Source of the DNA: Seison nebaliae
Taxonomy: Eukaryota
DNA length: 64,000 bases
Direction of reading: 5' to 3'
NCBI GenBank assembly: GCA_023231475.1
Contig: JALJEE010002539.1
Coordinates: forward strand, 1-64,000
The notes beneath the pieces were generated by a model. It worked only from the letters and a program-made list of their open reading frames with translations. It searched no databases and was not told the origin of the DNA. Of the stretch, positions 14,038 to 27,893 are shown piece by piece. The position numbers and the translations under genes were made by a program. The first letter of the stretch is position 1; each line of letters opens with the position of its first letter.

Positions 14038-14474
14038 AACTGATTGAATAAGTTGATGAGTGAGAGTTAAAACAAATAATGAGAATTATTATTTATCGTA
14101 TTTATTATACGTCTAATTTCCTCCTTATTTAATGAATTCAATAACTTTATTTCAATTCTGCAACATTTTAATAATTTATGCCGGAAACGACCACTTATTG
14201 GTCGATCCATGTGAGTTATTATTTCTTAAACAGTTAAATTTCAATAACCCATCATGAAAGAAATGATGTAATGAAAATATTCATTAATGGAATGAATGAA
14301 GAAGAGGAAGGATGACGCAATATTTTGTAAATTCATTTGAATAAGAAAAAAAGAGGAAATTAAGTCTAAACTAGAAAGAGGAGAATGTTTACAAAATTTT
14401 CGGAAATAATTTCATTAACGGGAATAAAATGAAATACATGAATGTCTTATCTGTATGGTATTCACCCGAATCGG

Positions 14475-16956
14475 TTATGCCCGACTCGTCATATTATCTT
14501 CTTCTTCGTTCTTCATTAATGGCATCGATTCACGTCCATCTTTCAAATGATTCTTGTAGCGGTCCGTTCCACTGGGAACGTGAACGAGTTTGTAGAATTT
14601 CTTTAAAAGTTTCAACGACTTATTATATGGCTATTTATTAAGAAAGAGATAACTTCTGTAATCGTACCAGTACTGGTAAACCATAACTTTGCCGCGTAGA
14701 CCGGAATTGCGAGTATTGAGCTGCAAGCAATCATCCAACCCATGACGATGCTCCATTTTGGATAATTATAATCTTCATATTTCGCTGGCGATTCTTCGAT
14801 GAAGGCCCAAATGGCAATAGACTAAAAATATAAGGAGAACCATAATATGATAGTAATAAGATAATAATATCTACTAACGAAACATAAAAGTGGAGTTAAT
14901 ACGAGCCATGTGATTTTGAACCAGATGAATGGATAGAATCCAACCATATCATAAATATTATCATAGAAACGGTTTAAACCTGAAAAAGAGAGTATTAGAT
15001 AATCAAGACGGATATTGAGTCCTTGTAAATAATATATTGTGAACCATAACACCATGAGATGGCGATACATTCGGCGAACATCAATAAGAGTAAAGCCCAT
15101 CCACTAGCGGCATAGTAATCCAAAATTTTAAAATAATACATTCCACCCTAAAATTGAATTAAAACGAATTGAATGTGTAAGAATGAAATTGAAAATGATT
15201 ATTCGTTAACTTGAGTGACAAATATAATGCCTACTAAGAAGGACAACGTACAAACGAGACCAACGAACAATTCTCTTCTTTTTCGAAGGTGTTTTGGAAA
15301 TTCATCGACGATGGCCGTTATGAATCCTTCCAGAGTTCCAAACTGGAGAATAATGAATAAATATTATTTCCTCTCAAACATAAACCAACTTGTGAATCCA
15401 ATCCGACAAACATCAACATTAGAAAGAATAATACTGACCAAAATGGCGCTAGTGGTAACGTGCTAATGGCGGCGGGATATGCATAAAATGTTAGTCCGGG
15501 ACCTATAGAAAATTTAATATAATATATATATATGAATAATATGTTAAATGAACCTTGTGTAGCTACTTCCTTGATACTTTTGCCTTCTGTGTGAGCCATG
15601 TGTCCCAACGCGGAGAAGATGACCAATCCGGCCAGAAAACATGTTCCTTCATTAAAAGCAGTCAGAATTAATGTATTCCTTCAAAAACAACATATTATAA
15701 CGAGAAAATAAAATATAAGTAGAACCTTAGACAATTGTTCCCATATTGATTGTAACTACCTAAGGCGATCAATGCTCCCAAACCAAGACCGTAAGAGAAG
15801 AATATTTGAGTAACAGCATCAAGCCACAACTGAAGAGAATATGAGTTTCCATTAAGAAAGAATTAACTTGAGATTCGAACAATTTGGAGAAATCGGGAAT
15901 GAATAAAAACTTTATTCCATTGAACGCTCCCTCCAACGTTAGACCACGAATTAATAGTGTAAATAGTAAAGTGTAGGGGAAGAGGGAAGTGAAATAAACG
16001 ACCTAAAACAAACCGTTTTTCTTAGAGAAAATAAAGAAGAGAAAAATGTTGAACTTTACCACTCCAACGAACGCCTTTCCATATACAAAAATAGCACAAA
16101 ATCCATCCGAGTAAGAGAGTGAGAGCGAGTGGCCATCTCACACTTCCAATATCATCAGCACTTTTAGTTATCTGTAAAGCTTGTCGACTGGAAAAGATGA
16201 TATGTGAATGGAAGAAACGGTGAAAATGAAAAACTTCCAAAATTCTTTGATTGGCGATTGGGAGACGTTGGCACGTACCAACAAAGCCCAACAATCATTC
16301 TCGAGATGATGGAGTGGTGTCGTGTTGAATTTCAAAGGAGAATGTATCATTGATTGCTGGTATAATGGCCCAGACATGGGGAGAGGTGTTGTCAAATTGT
16401 TTCGTTCGATACAATCTTTTAATTTGACTGATGGATTGAAGATGCAATTATTAGTATTCCATGTATGACCACATGTCTGCCAAGGCAACACTTTGGCAAA
16501 CGAGTAATACATATAGAACAAGCCCCAAGCTAACACAACAATATAATAAATATTGAGCCAACAAGCCATTATCGCTCCGGCGTAACCGACACCTTTCGCT
16601 ATCGGACAAATCTTCCAAACGGAGAGACCTCCTGCTGAGAGATACTGTCCGAGACATACTTCGAGAAAGAACATGGGTATACCTCCACAAAACAATGCGA
16701 TAAAGTAAGGTATGAGGAAGACGCCTCCACCATTCGCGTAGCAGAGATATGGAAATCGCCAGACATTTCCCAAACCGATCGCGTATCCGATACAAGAGAA
16801 CATGAACTCCAGTTGATTTCCCCATTGTTCTCTCTTTTCCACGTCGCCACTTACTTGCTCACCGTCATGAGTATTGTCGAGATTGTGTGAGTCTTTAATT
16901 GAATGAAGCGGTTGATTATCACTTTCCACATCATTCTGCCCATTCTCTTGAGTCAT
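14475..16956 (-). CDS. SLC6 sodium:neurotransmitter symporter, GABA transporter (GAT-1)-like, 11 exons
   Basis: [97 protein letters not shown]. Ten introns restore the frame; stop TAA at 14475-14477. Confidence 0.93.
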
Positions 16957-18683
16957 AATGAATTCGGAAAAATTTCAATTAGTCTCTTGATGATGTTAAT
17001 GATGACGGGCTATGGATATACCGAAGGTAACGGTTTGTGTCTTGATAGAATGAATATTATCGTATATTGAATGCGAGTGAGAAATGAATATGAAATTCCT
17101 TCTATTTCCCCATATCTGCGTCGAGTCGAAAGTGCCGAGATGTGTATGTGCTTCTATATAAAGATATTATTCTTAAACCGTTTTCAATCAATGGAACTTA
17201 TCGAATTGGTTACTGTCACGCACTTCCTATTTACTCATGCACATCTTTCAAAATAGACGGAAAAATAGATACTGAATAGATGGAAAAGTACCGATAGGGC
17301 TCCTAAAATTTTATGAGGGGCGCATATGACTTATCTTTCCTCTCCCAAGATGAAATCGAGGAGACATGTCTTTTATGATGATAACTAAATGGATTTTATG
17401 TAAGAAATATACTGTCGAATATACGAAGATGAATTAATTAAAAAATGGAGACTGTTCTATTCTTTCCTTCTTCCACTATTCCCACACTAAATTAACAAAT
17501 GTTTGTTTTACTAATATTTCTCCAATAAAAAATCCTAATGAATTTTTTTCACAATATCATGTAAAATGGAAGCATCTTTATTAGATGCCCATCTCTAAAT
17601 TTCCCCCTCCAACAAACACTCCACTCTTCCCCCTTTTACCTTAACGGGAAAGTTCAAGAGACAAAATGTGTCGGATCGTTTAATAGAAATTGGTATTGTT
17701 AATCTTCCGTTTGGCAATCTTTCTAATTCTTCAAAACTATCCCAACAAGAATCTAGTTATGATCGAAAATCTTATCATTTGTATACGAGAAGACTCTTTC
17801 CCGTCGCCTAACAAAATTAAGTCATATTTCCTCCTTTCTCTCATCCACAGAAAGTTTCTTTTTTCAAAAAAAAAAACACACAGAAAAGAAATTTAGGTTA
17901 ACGGAAATGAACATAACTACTCTTCCAATGAAAGTGAGAGGAGTAACAGATAAGAATTAAAAGAAGAAATTCATTAACATAACATAAATTGCATGCAGTA
18001 AAAGAAACGGAAAAAAGCCCGAATAATCGAGACAATTATCCGAGCAAGGAACAAACTAAAGAGGAACATATCTCTCCAATATCTAATAAATGTCACGAAT
18101 TCATGTCGATTGATGGAATATGTATATTCATCATCGATAGCTCATCATCTCATACACAACAGAACGGAACGGAATGAAAAGAAGGAAAAATTAAGCAAAA
18201 TGATTATTAGAATTTCTACATTGAAATCTAACAATTTCTAATATGAGATAACAACAAAGGAAATTTACACAGATCATCTTCACTTGTCTGCACAATTTGC
18301 TCACGACTCAAATGAATCGAGTTCGCCGTTTAGTTGCTAGAAAGGAAATATAGGAAATTGTTTGGTACTTCCGAATCTGAACAAAGTTCAAAAACGAGAA
18401 AAACTATAACACTATTTATTTAACATCTTTATGTAATGTTTATTGAAACTGATAATCCACATGATTATTATCATCACGATGATGATTGTTACAAAATGTT
18501 TTATACTGATAATTTTCTACTTTACTTCCCTTATAAGATTCTTTCGAAGAAGTTCTTCGTCTTACGTAATGATGGATCAATCCATGTTCCATCTAAATAG
18601 TTTCTCTTATAAATATTTATTTTTTCAATTCCAATTATCTAATTATTAACAGGTGTTCCTCCTTCTAGTTATGATGATCAGGA

Positions 18684-18776
18684 AAATTTTTTCCAAATTT
18701 TTTTTTCCAAATTTTTTTTCGAAATTTTTTTTCCAAATTTTTTTTCCAAATTTTTTTTCCAAATTTTTTTTTCCGA
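18684..18776. repeat. Tandem repeat of ~13-nt unit (AAATTTTTTTTCC)n
   Basis: About 7 degenerate copies of a T-run followed by CCAAA. Confidence 0.8.
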
Positions 18777-19379
18777 ATCTTTTTCGTGTTGGAAGGGAGA
18801 AGAAGCAGAAGAAAAAGAACTGATTTACACGGAAACTATTAGAGAATTGTGTGTCGTGCAGAAAATGTTCTGATTGAGAGAATCACTTATTCAAATCAGG
18901 AGAACGGAATGATATTCGATCTATGTCCATCGTCCAACATTATTGTCATCTAATGAACAGGAATTGAAGATGTGATGAAGGATTGAAAGAGAATGAAAGA
19001 TGTGTATTTAATATACTTTTCGAATTGAGAAGTAAGAAGAGGGACATATGAATGTAGAATTGTTAAAGTTTTCTACCTTGATCCTCTTCCCATCGCCCAA
19101 ATGGGAAACATGTCTATTCGCTAAGAAAACATTTACCATTTACCAACATCGAAGATAATGGTGGGTTGGTGAGCGATACGAAATTATTGGAAGAGAATGC
19201 GGAGATGATATATATAAAGGTGGAATAACGATAATTATATGAACTAAGTTAAATAAATATATATGTGAGCGATATTATATGTATATCAGTACATCATAAC
19301 AATAAAACGATGAAAATAGCGTTTCCGTCTCTAATCAATTGTTTCAACTGTTTGAAATAGGAAAAGGAAAGAAGAAAAA

Positions 19380-22300
19380 ATGAAATCGACTCCGAACGGT
19401 ACTGGAGTGAACAAACCCAAAAGTTTCGCACATGCCCAAAGTACGATGACCAGAAGTTGCATAATAATTATGTTTCTAAATATCATTTTCTTTCCATTAA
19501 ACGATTCAATAGTTTATTGCGATGAATATGTGCCGCTGCAGTACCCGAAGCGCAACATGGAAGATCGGTATTGTGCAAACATTAATGAACAAATCCATTT
19601 GTTGGAAATGGAGAATAGTGAATTATATCCTTTCCTTCCACTTTTTTTTTAATGATTATCAAACTGCTTCAAATTAATTTTTCCCAACTATTCCCGAAAA
19701 CGATCCTCCTTAACCGATCAAATTTCTCTTCTTTTTCCATTTTATACGAAGGACCGAATGTTGACGAACCATAATCATTTGGATGTGATCGACAAACAGA
19801 ATTGGTTAACGAAAATAAAATCGGAAGTTGAACATTTACAAGCCGAACTACATGTAAGTATATTTATCTTTTAAAATGTTTACCTATTCCCATTGGAAAG
19901 TGCCTTACACATTTCCTCGATATGCTCACAAATATTCTGGTTCGATTGAACAGTACAATCATCCTCTAATAAGTATAGATGTCCACAGATTCATCGATGC
20001 ATCGATACGGAACTCCTTAATGAATGGATAATGTTTCATTCGGATGTGCCCTATTTTCAGTCCTGAAATGACCCAAATTAAACAGCCAAATTCTAAATAT
20101 TCAATGGGTTCTTTTTCTTTTAGAATAAAACTAGAAAGATCGAAGAATTGACGAAAGAAGTGAAGGAGTTGAGATGTGAGAGAAATGAAGAGAAACGTTT
20201 ACGACAAAAACCGGCAAATGTCGAACCGATAAAAGAACGTACATTATTAATTGAGGAACTGGCTAGATTACGTAAGGATAATGTGTTAGCCCGAATGGCG
20301 GAACAGTCGAAAGAAAGTAAATATAATTGTCTCGTAGAGAAGATGTCTGCCATACAAAATATGATGAAGGAGAAAGAGGATTGTCTTATGGAAAAGAATG
20401 CTGAAGTTATAATTTATTCATCTCGAACAACAAAACTTGTGTCTAGCGGTAAAAAAAACGAAGGGAAAAGATTGTTAAATATAAACTTTATTACGTAATC
20501 AATTATTTGAAGTTGTATGGAACACAATTGTGTAAATTGGAGTAGTTTTCTACCAATTTTTTTTATCAGACGACAAGTGAGGATACCTCATGGACTTGTG
20601 TCTAACACGAGTAGTAGAAGAGGAATGAGAGGAAATGAATAAACGAACACGATTTCGAGAGTTGTGAAAAGATGTGTCTAAATAATTCCACTAATTCTCT
20701 TTATGTAGATATGTGAGAAGGAGCAATTGAATGTAGCGCTGAATGCGAAGGCAATGTGTCTAGAGAAAGACATGCTGGAGACGAAAAAGCGTTTAAATCA
20801 ACTCATCATGAACAATGAGATCCAACAGAAATGTGAAGGTGTAAAAATAAAGGAACTTGAAGTTAATAAATTCCTCATTTAAACATCTCCTTGATAATCA
20901 GGTAATATGTGCCAATTAAAATGAGAGACCTTCACCCACCAACTGCCCCCCAACTCCACAACTTACAACCAATTAGTCAATTAAATTGAAGAATGAACAT
21001 TAGTTGGAAATGGCGCAGTTCTCCAAAGAGAAATGTGATTAATTTGGAATTGGATGAAGTTGAGATGATGCCATCCAACATGCAAATAAAAGAGAATGAT
21101 CTAAGAAATAATTACTTTTAACATCCCAATTATCAAATCAATCGTATCTTCTCTTTAACATTCTCTCTCTCTCTCTCTCTCTCTTTCCTCTCGTTCACAG
21201 GAAGATCTGGCGAATGCGAAAAATGTGATCAAATGTCAAAATGACGAAGTTGAAGACGAAAGAAATTTTCGTCTTAAGGTATCAATTTCCATAATTTCAT
21301 CTCATATCTCATATCTCTAATCTCTTCCTCTTACCTTATGATGATGTCCATCACGCAACTTCAGATGTCACAAGAATACGAGAAATGCATGGACGAAAAG
21401 AAGAAACTAGACGACAAAATAGTTGCGTTAACGAACGAATTAATAATAGTAAGTAAATGAGAAAAAATATTTTATTTTATTTTCAGATTTACGTTTCTCC
21501 TATTTTTCTTCCGTTTCTTCTCACAATCTTATTTGATTATATTCCACAAAACTTTACGATTCATCCATCATTAATATATTGTGTGTTAATCTGGTGGATT
21601 GAAGGTATAATACTATTCCATGAAATTTCATGAAATTCCATTAAAATCAGTTTAATTCCGTTCGTTTCTAATAGTTTCTTTATCTCTTATTAAGTTGTGC
21701 TAACAAATTGCACTGGCATTTCGTCTAACAAATCAGTTGTCATGATGAGAATATTCGTCTAAAATTATTTTGATATTCCTTTGTCTTCTCCTCCTCCGAT
21801 GGATGGAAATCGTAGAAAGACGGTGAAATGGATAAATTTAAAGAAGAGCAACAATCGATATTGAAGGGAGCATTTAGCGAAACTGACGAAATGATAGATC
21901 TGTCGAACAAACTCCTCTCCAATCTGGAGGAGAAGGAGAAGATTGTGGAAGATTTACGCACTCAGGTCTCTCATCTTTTTCCAATTGTCATGATTCAATT
22001 TCATTCTTCCATTGACATAAACAATCCAATGTTGAATGTCAATATCATTTTTCATCATTAATTCCTTGTCAGTTGAAACAAGCGCAAACTGTTCAAACAG
22101 ATACTATACAAGTTGCTGGTAATGTGACGCGAGATATCGGAAATATCTACGATTACATCGAACATTTAGAGAAAGAAATTATGACGAAAAACGATTTCGT
22201 TTCTTCCGAAATCGATCTTCTTAACAAACAGGTTTCTTTCCATTCCTTTTAGTGCCACTCGTAGTTCTCCTCATAGTCACCTGCTACTTTTTCTTATTTC

Positions 22301-22731
22301 AAATTATCTTTTTCATCCCTTCTCCCCTCCTCTCATCAATCACATCGATTATTGTTATTATTTACTTATGAGACAGAAGAATATTCATTATTCCATTTAT
22401 GTTTCATCCGAAAAAATAATTGATGGTTGAATAAATTTGGAAGAATAATGTAGCTATCTATCTATTCTATCTCCACATCATTATCATAGTTCTCGCGCTT
22501 AACATTATCTTACTGTTTTCTTCTCTCTCTCCTACTATTATTCTCCTCCTAAAACGAAAAAGGATTAATCTCTCATATATCATTTGCATGGAATAACAGA
22601 TCAAGTCGAAGAACGTCGAACTAGGTGATTTCCGTAAGATTCTTGTCGATTTGGAATTCAAACTACAAATGATCTCCAGTTTATTTGCGTTACAATCAAC
22701 TCTTACTCCTTCCGCCAAAACGAATCATTGA
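19380..22731 (+). CDS. Multi-exon coiled-coil protein, no recognisable family (5' end uncertain)
   Basis: Phase-0 introns 19854-20123, 20406-20708, 20862-21200, 21279-21364, 21449-21815, 21966-22072 and 22232-22599 join E/K/L-rich heptad exons into one open frame ending TGA 22729-22731. The exons upstream of ~19752 could not be joined unambiguously. Confidence 0.7.
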
Positions 22732-22758
22732 AATTTGAAAAAACATATTTAATAAATT

Positions 22759-23877
22759 TCATAATTTCTCCAGTTCAATCAACAAATTATCATATTCATT
22801 TAATTCGTTTTTAAATTCGTTTTCTATTTCACTCTGCTCCGATTGCTTCTTTCTATTCAATTCTTTTCTAATTTCTTTCTCTTTTTTCAGTTCGACAGTT
22901 TTCATATAAATTTCTTTGTGATTATTCTCATAATCGTCGCCCATCAAAATATCGAAGAAGTTCGACAATTTCACCATTAGTTCTTGTTTTGTCTCTTCGT
23001 CAGGAACGATATTCTTCCCATTCACCAATTCATCCAATATCCCAAGTAATTTATGAAATGTTTTTGAATTCTTCTCGTCACTTCTCAGTTGATTATAAAC
23101 GGAAATTATCAATCCATCTAATTCGTTGTTTTCTTTCGAATTGTCATCGTATAACTGGGATAATCGATTATCCAATTCTTCCATTTTCCCTTCTCGATCA
23201 TCCGAATTAATTTCGTGCAATTTATTTCGATAAATTCCATTTCTTTCTCCAATCAACTCTTCCAACTCCCTCACATTCTCTGTCAAATTATCCGACAAAT
23301 TTTTCACATTTCCCAAATCATCTTCCATCAATTTCTGATTCATCTTCCTCTGATTCCAAATACTCTGAAGTTTTTTCAATTTTTCTTCTTTTTCATCTAA
23401 CTTAATTTGCAGTTCTTCCTCCTTCTTTTGCATTCGTTCCAGTTTCTCTTGTGGGTTCAAATCGTCCTCAATCGTCAGCAAACTTTTATATCGTTCGTAA
23501 TATTCGAGAGACATTTCCTTTTGCACTTGAAGGAAGACGAATATTCTCATCACCCGTAATCGACTGGAAGAGAATTGGTCAAACAAATTGAAATCGTTCT
23601 TGTCCAAATCGAAATGAAAACCACAATTATGGAACTCTTCCGATATCTTCTTCGCCACGTCACTCTTGCACAATTCAGCTAGTTGCTCCTTCAAATCACA
23701 TTCTCCACTCAATTTCCCAATACTTTCCATGGGAAAATATTCGTTCGATAACTTTAATATCATCGGAACGATATCAATCAATTTGACAGAACGAAAATTG
23801 AAATTTTCTGTTTCTAAAAATTTATTCGATTGCTTCTCAATATACTCCTTACTTACCAATAATTTATTAATTTCCAT
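22759..23877 (-). CDS. Intronless 372-aa protein with a globular N-terminus and long coiled coil; possibly a divergent kinetochore Nuf2
   Basis: Long open frame. The segment CGFHFDLDKNDFNLFDQFSSSRLRVMRIFVF recalls the end of the Nuf2 calponin-homology domain (CG..DF...DL..P...R....LS..INF) and is followed by heptads. The CDS is confident; the Nuf2 identity is weak. Confidence 0.6.
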   Translation of the reverse strand: MEINKLLVSKEYIEKQSNKFLETENFNFRSVKLIDIVPMILKLSNEYFPMESIGKLSGECDLKEQLAELCKSDVAKKISEEFHNCGFHFDLDKNDFNLFDQFSSSRLRVMRIFVFLQVQKEMSLEYYERYKSLLTIEDDLNPQEKLERMQKKEEELQIKLDEKEEKLKKLQSIWNQRKMNQKLMEDDLGNVKNLSDNLTENVRELEELIGERNGIYRNKLHEINSDDREGKMEELDNRLSQLYDDNSKENNELDGLIISVYNQLRSDEKNSKTFHKLLGILDELVNGKNIVPDEETKQELMVKLSNFFDILMGDDYENNHKEIYMKTVELKKEKEIRKELNRKKQSEQSEIENEFKNELNEYDNLLIELEKL

Positions 23878-24279
23878 TCTTACTAATAAGCAATTGACTT
23901 TATAAAGATCATGCGAAATTAATCTATCAAGATAGAATGGGAAAAAATCGAAATAATTTCTTATTATTAAATTTTATCAAAAAAAAAATCGAAATAATTT
24001 CTCATTTTTAAAATTCATGAAAGAAAATAAAGAAAGCAAAAAATTAAAAAAAATAAAAATTATTAATCTTTTACACTTGGAACGATTGGAAAGATGAAAG
24101 AAGATACTGATATAATTCTATAATCGTTCAATAATACGCTTTCTATAAAAATTTTATAAAAATTTTACAAAATTTCCCAGAAAAAATAAAAAATGAATCA
24201 AATGACATGTATACAGTGACAGTTTGGAGATGAGGAAGAAAAAATTTCAAAATGAATGAAGATAATAATGAAGAAAATT

Positions 24280-24900
24280 TTAGTCGTAGTAAAATTTCAA
24301 CGCTAGCGACTTGTTAGCGTGAAGAAATGTTAAATTGGATAAGTTCTCATCGGTGAGGCAATTTCTTTTCCGGGTATAAATATTCCCCGCCGATGAGAAG
24401 ATTTGTTCCCACTTTAAAGAATTTGTGGAGATGCAATTAATTCCCTTAGCAATTTTATAAAGAATTGGCAAAGTTTTTTGGTTTCTTAACGAATATTCTT
24501 CGAAACCTTCATGCTTCAAACGCTTACATTCGATGGAATATCTCAACCGATCGATACATCCTGATTATCTTCAATCTTTCCTTGTATAGCGTTGAATTTT
24601 ATCTTGGAATTTTTTCTGGGAATTTTTATAAAATTTTTATAGAAAGCGTTCGCGAACGAAATGAGAAGATTCGTTCGAGCGGTATTGATAAGAACAATGT
24701 ATTTCATTCTCGTTCAACTGATTTTCAAAAACCAGACATCACAATTATATTCGAGAACAGTTCGTTCTCGTGTGAACAGCACTAGATATTGAACTTTCCA
24801 TTCACTCAACATCAGTTCTACACATCATTTATTTCAATTAATTTAAGAACACAATCTCTTAAATAATTCCAATGTGGCTAGGGATTAAATGTTATTCAAA
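24280..24900 (-). mobile_element. Decayed hAT-superfamily transposase remnant
   Basis: LPILYKIAKGINCISTNSLKWEQIFSSAGNIYTRKRNCLTDENLSNLTFL matches the hAT C-terminal dimerisation domain pattern (P.L...A...L..P.SS...ER.FS.AG.....R..L). Upstream PHWNYLRDCV (~24850-24880) resembles TRWNS. Many stops. Confidence 0.8.
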
Positions 24901-26344
24901 ATTTTAATGCTGAAAGAATTGAAGAATTGCTGAGAGAAATCTTATTAATTATCAACGGAAGAAAATGGAGATTCTCACTAGACCGAACACATTTCATAAA
25001 TAATGTCATGGGTCATGGAAATCACTATCTATACATCTAGAATAGTGGGGAAGAAGAAGAGAATCACATCGAAGTTACAAAGCTAATAAGAAGTGAATAG
25101 ATGAAATAGAAAAAATATGTCGAATATAAATTAAAAGAATGTTTGACGAAGGTTTATAATTTGAATGATTTTTTCTATTTGGGGAAAATGACATTGACCA
25201 ATGTTCTTTCCTATCTCTTCCTTTATACTGTCTATCTATATTGTAGCTTCTGCCTTCTTCTTTCACATGTCTCTGCATTTCAGATGTATATTAATATGGG
25301 TGTAATTAAATGTTTAAATAAATTCCCTTTTTAAAAAACATGCGACTGGGAGAAAAGCTTAAATTTTAAAATTGAAATTATTTTTATTTTTGTACAAACT
25401 GAACGATGTCAACTATATTATGTAGAGTGGATTTTGGTAAGCCTAACTATTTATGGCGCTAATTCAAGCAAACAACTTCATTCAAGTCGAAATGAAATTT
25501 TATTTCTGCTCATTTCTCTTTTCTTCGTAGGAAGGAGAATGTTTCCGTTCAGTTTCGACTAATTTTGTTTTCACTTGTCAGTTGTTTTTCCTTTCATCTA
25601 TTTCAATTTCAACTGTACACCGACACATACGTTAGATGATAAAAACAAATTAATATTTTATTTATCCTTATTGATTGGACGGACAGTCAACACTCTTGGT
25701 GGCAATGACCATTCCTAAATCTGTAATATTTAATATGTTAATGGAGCTAATGTTTTTCCAATTGATTATTGTTCCTTTTTATGTATCACTCACGATATGA
25801 GGAGGCTCATGTGAATTTCTTCTTTCTTTCGTGTTTGTTTTCCTTTATTCCTTCGAGTTCTTCATTAGATCATCCTCTTCTTTTACCATTTTATTTTATG
25901 TTCTATGAATTGGATTGTTAACGATTCTTTACCGTTGTTTGAAGCCGCGATAGATGAAATAATAAATCATCAATAGAATGCACTAATCCTTTAAGTTATT
26001 ACCCTAGACCAGTCATTCCATATAGTAACAATGACATATGATAAATATAAATAAATCAACGGAAAATTTTTATTCGCTAAAAAATAACGATTAAGCAAAA
26101 TACACTCCATAGGAACACATTCCTCATGAAAGAATAAATATTTCAAAATTATCATGTCCAACTATCCTTTCTCATGCGTGTGTGTATATGCTTGAGAAGT
26201 TTGTGTGCTTTTGAAAGCGTATAACATATCACTGAAATTCAGTTTTACACATTTCCCAAAATTCATTCACAATCGCCCTGCAATTTATGTGTGTGTGTAG
26301 AATGAATTATAATTTCATTTAGTCTTAGCCTCCACTCACACACA

Positions 26345-26377
<33 letters not shown>

Positions 26378-26380
26378 ATG
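26345..26380. repeat. (GT)n microsatellite
   Basis: Visible dinucleotide run. Similar runs occur at 27541-27580 (GT), 21163-21184 (CT), 44084-44145 (CA) and 62888-62912 (CA). Confidence 0.9.
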
Positions 26381-27893
26381 TCTCTGTGTATATTGTGCTA
26401 CATACATACATATCATCCTATACGTATGAATACATTTGTAAGGAATGTGTGTGTCTGTATAGACATATTTATACTGAAGGGATAGATATTGAACTGTGCT
26501 TATACAATTCAATAATTCTTTCCCTTCTTTAGTCTTTTCCCCAAAAATGTGGATGGTTGTGTCTTTTTAAATATCCAGTCGGACTACTACATGTCCTTAT
26601 AAATACTATTCTTTCTTCTTTCGAATAGTGGCGGTCGACATTCTTATTTCACCAATTAGTTTCTTTCTACACTTTCTCTCCGAATCGAAATATAGTTTCA
26701 TTTTCCACAAAACCTGATATCAATGCATCTGTTTCACATCGTGCATTTACCTTCTCTATGTTCTGTTGTGTCCACACCAAATTTCTTCTCCTTCTCTCTT
26801 TATTTTCTAATTTCCACATTTTCTTACGTGCACCTTCTTATTCTATCATGTCGACTACCTCATCATATCAACGCAACTAATTCTTTTTTACTATCTTTCT
26901 TCCAAAATGTGCGTCGTAATTTTAATGGATGTGAAAAAGCATCTAGTCCATTCAACAAATAACTTTTGTCGTTAAGTAGTTTTTTATGTTTGAGCGCCAC
27001 ATTCTGCCCACCCTCTTTAGTTCGCTCTTTTCAGGCAATAGTCGAAAAGATCGACACATTTCGAATGAACAGGAATTAATCGATTATTCTTAATTAGTAA
27101 TTGATTATTTGCCTTCGATTTGTTGACTGTTTTCATTCACTTCCCACTTTTATTCCAAACAATTCTTTACCAATTACGTGAATTAACTTGTCTTTTGCTT
27201 CTCCATTTTGAAAATTCTTCTCATAGTTACCATTCCTTTATGACCGACAAGATAATGAACTATGAAGATGATGATTAATTCAGCGCGATAATTGTAATTT
27301 ACACAATCCTAATTTTCTCCCTACGAATTGAGGAAAGAAATAATCGTCAAATTTTACTCGCAGCAGAGCAGCTGAAGACAGGGAATAGGAGAAAGAGAAA
27401 AATTGAAAAAGAAATTCATTTCAAGAATATAAAGAAGAATGGAGGTATGTTTTCTTATCAAGACTAAATTTGTCTTTTACTAATATTGAAGGGAAAACGC
27501 GAAAACGCAAGAACTTCTCCCATAGTTGGTTTATATCTATGTGTGAGAGTGTTTGTATGTGTGTGTGTGTGTGTGTGTGTGGGGGGGAGCTAGAAATGTA
27601 CTCGGGAAAAATAAAGAGAAAAAAATTAAAATTTTTCCCATTCGCACTAGTGAAATGAGGATGGGGGGAATATATATAAATAAAGGACATTTGAGGTTGT
27701 TGTCAATGGGATAAATTAACGGATGGATTTCCTATTTTCTTTTTATTTTCAAAGTATAATTGAGAATCCTCAAAACGTTTATCACAGGAATTTCTTCTTT
27801 TTCACAATTTCCTTTTCCTCTTTAAATTTTCTTCATTTTTTTCTATTTTAACATTTAGAATTATTCCTTAAACTTTCTAATAAAGGCATTTAA

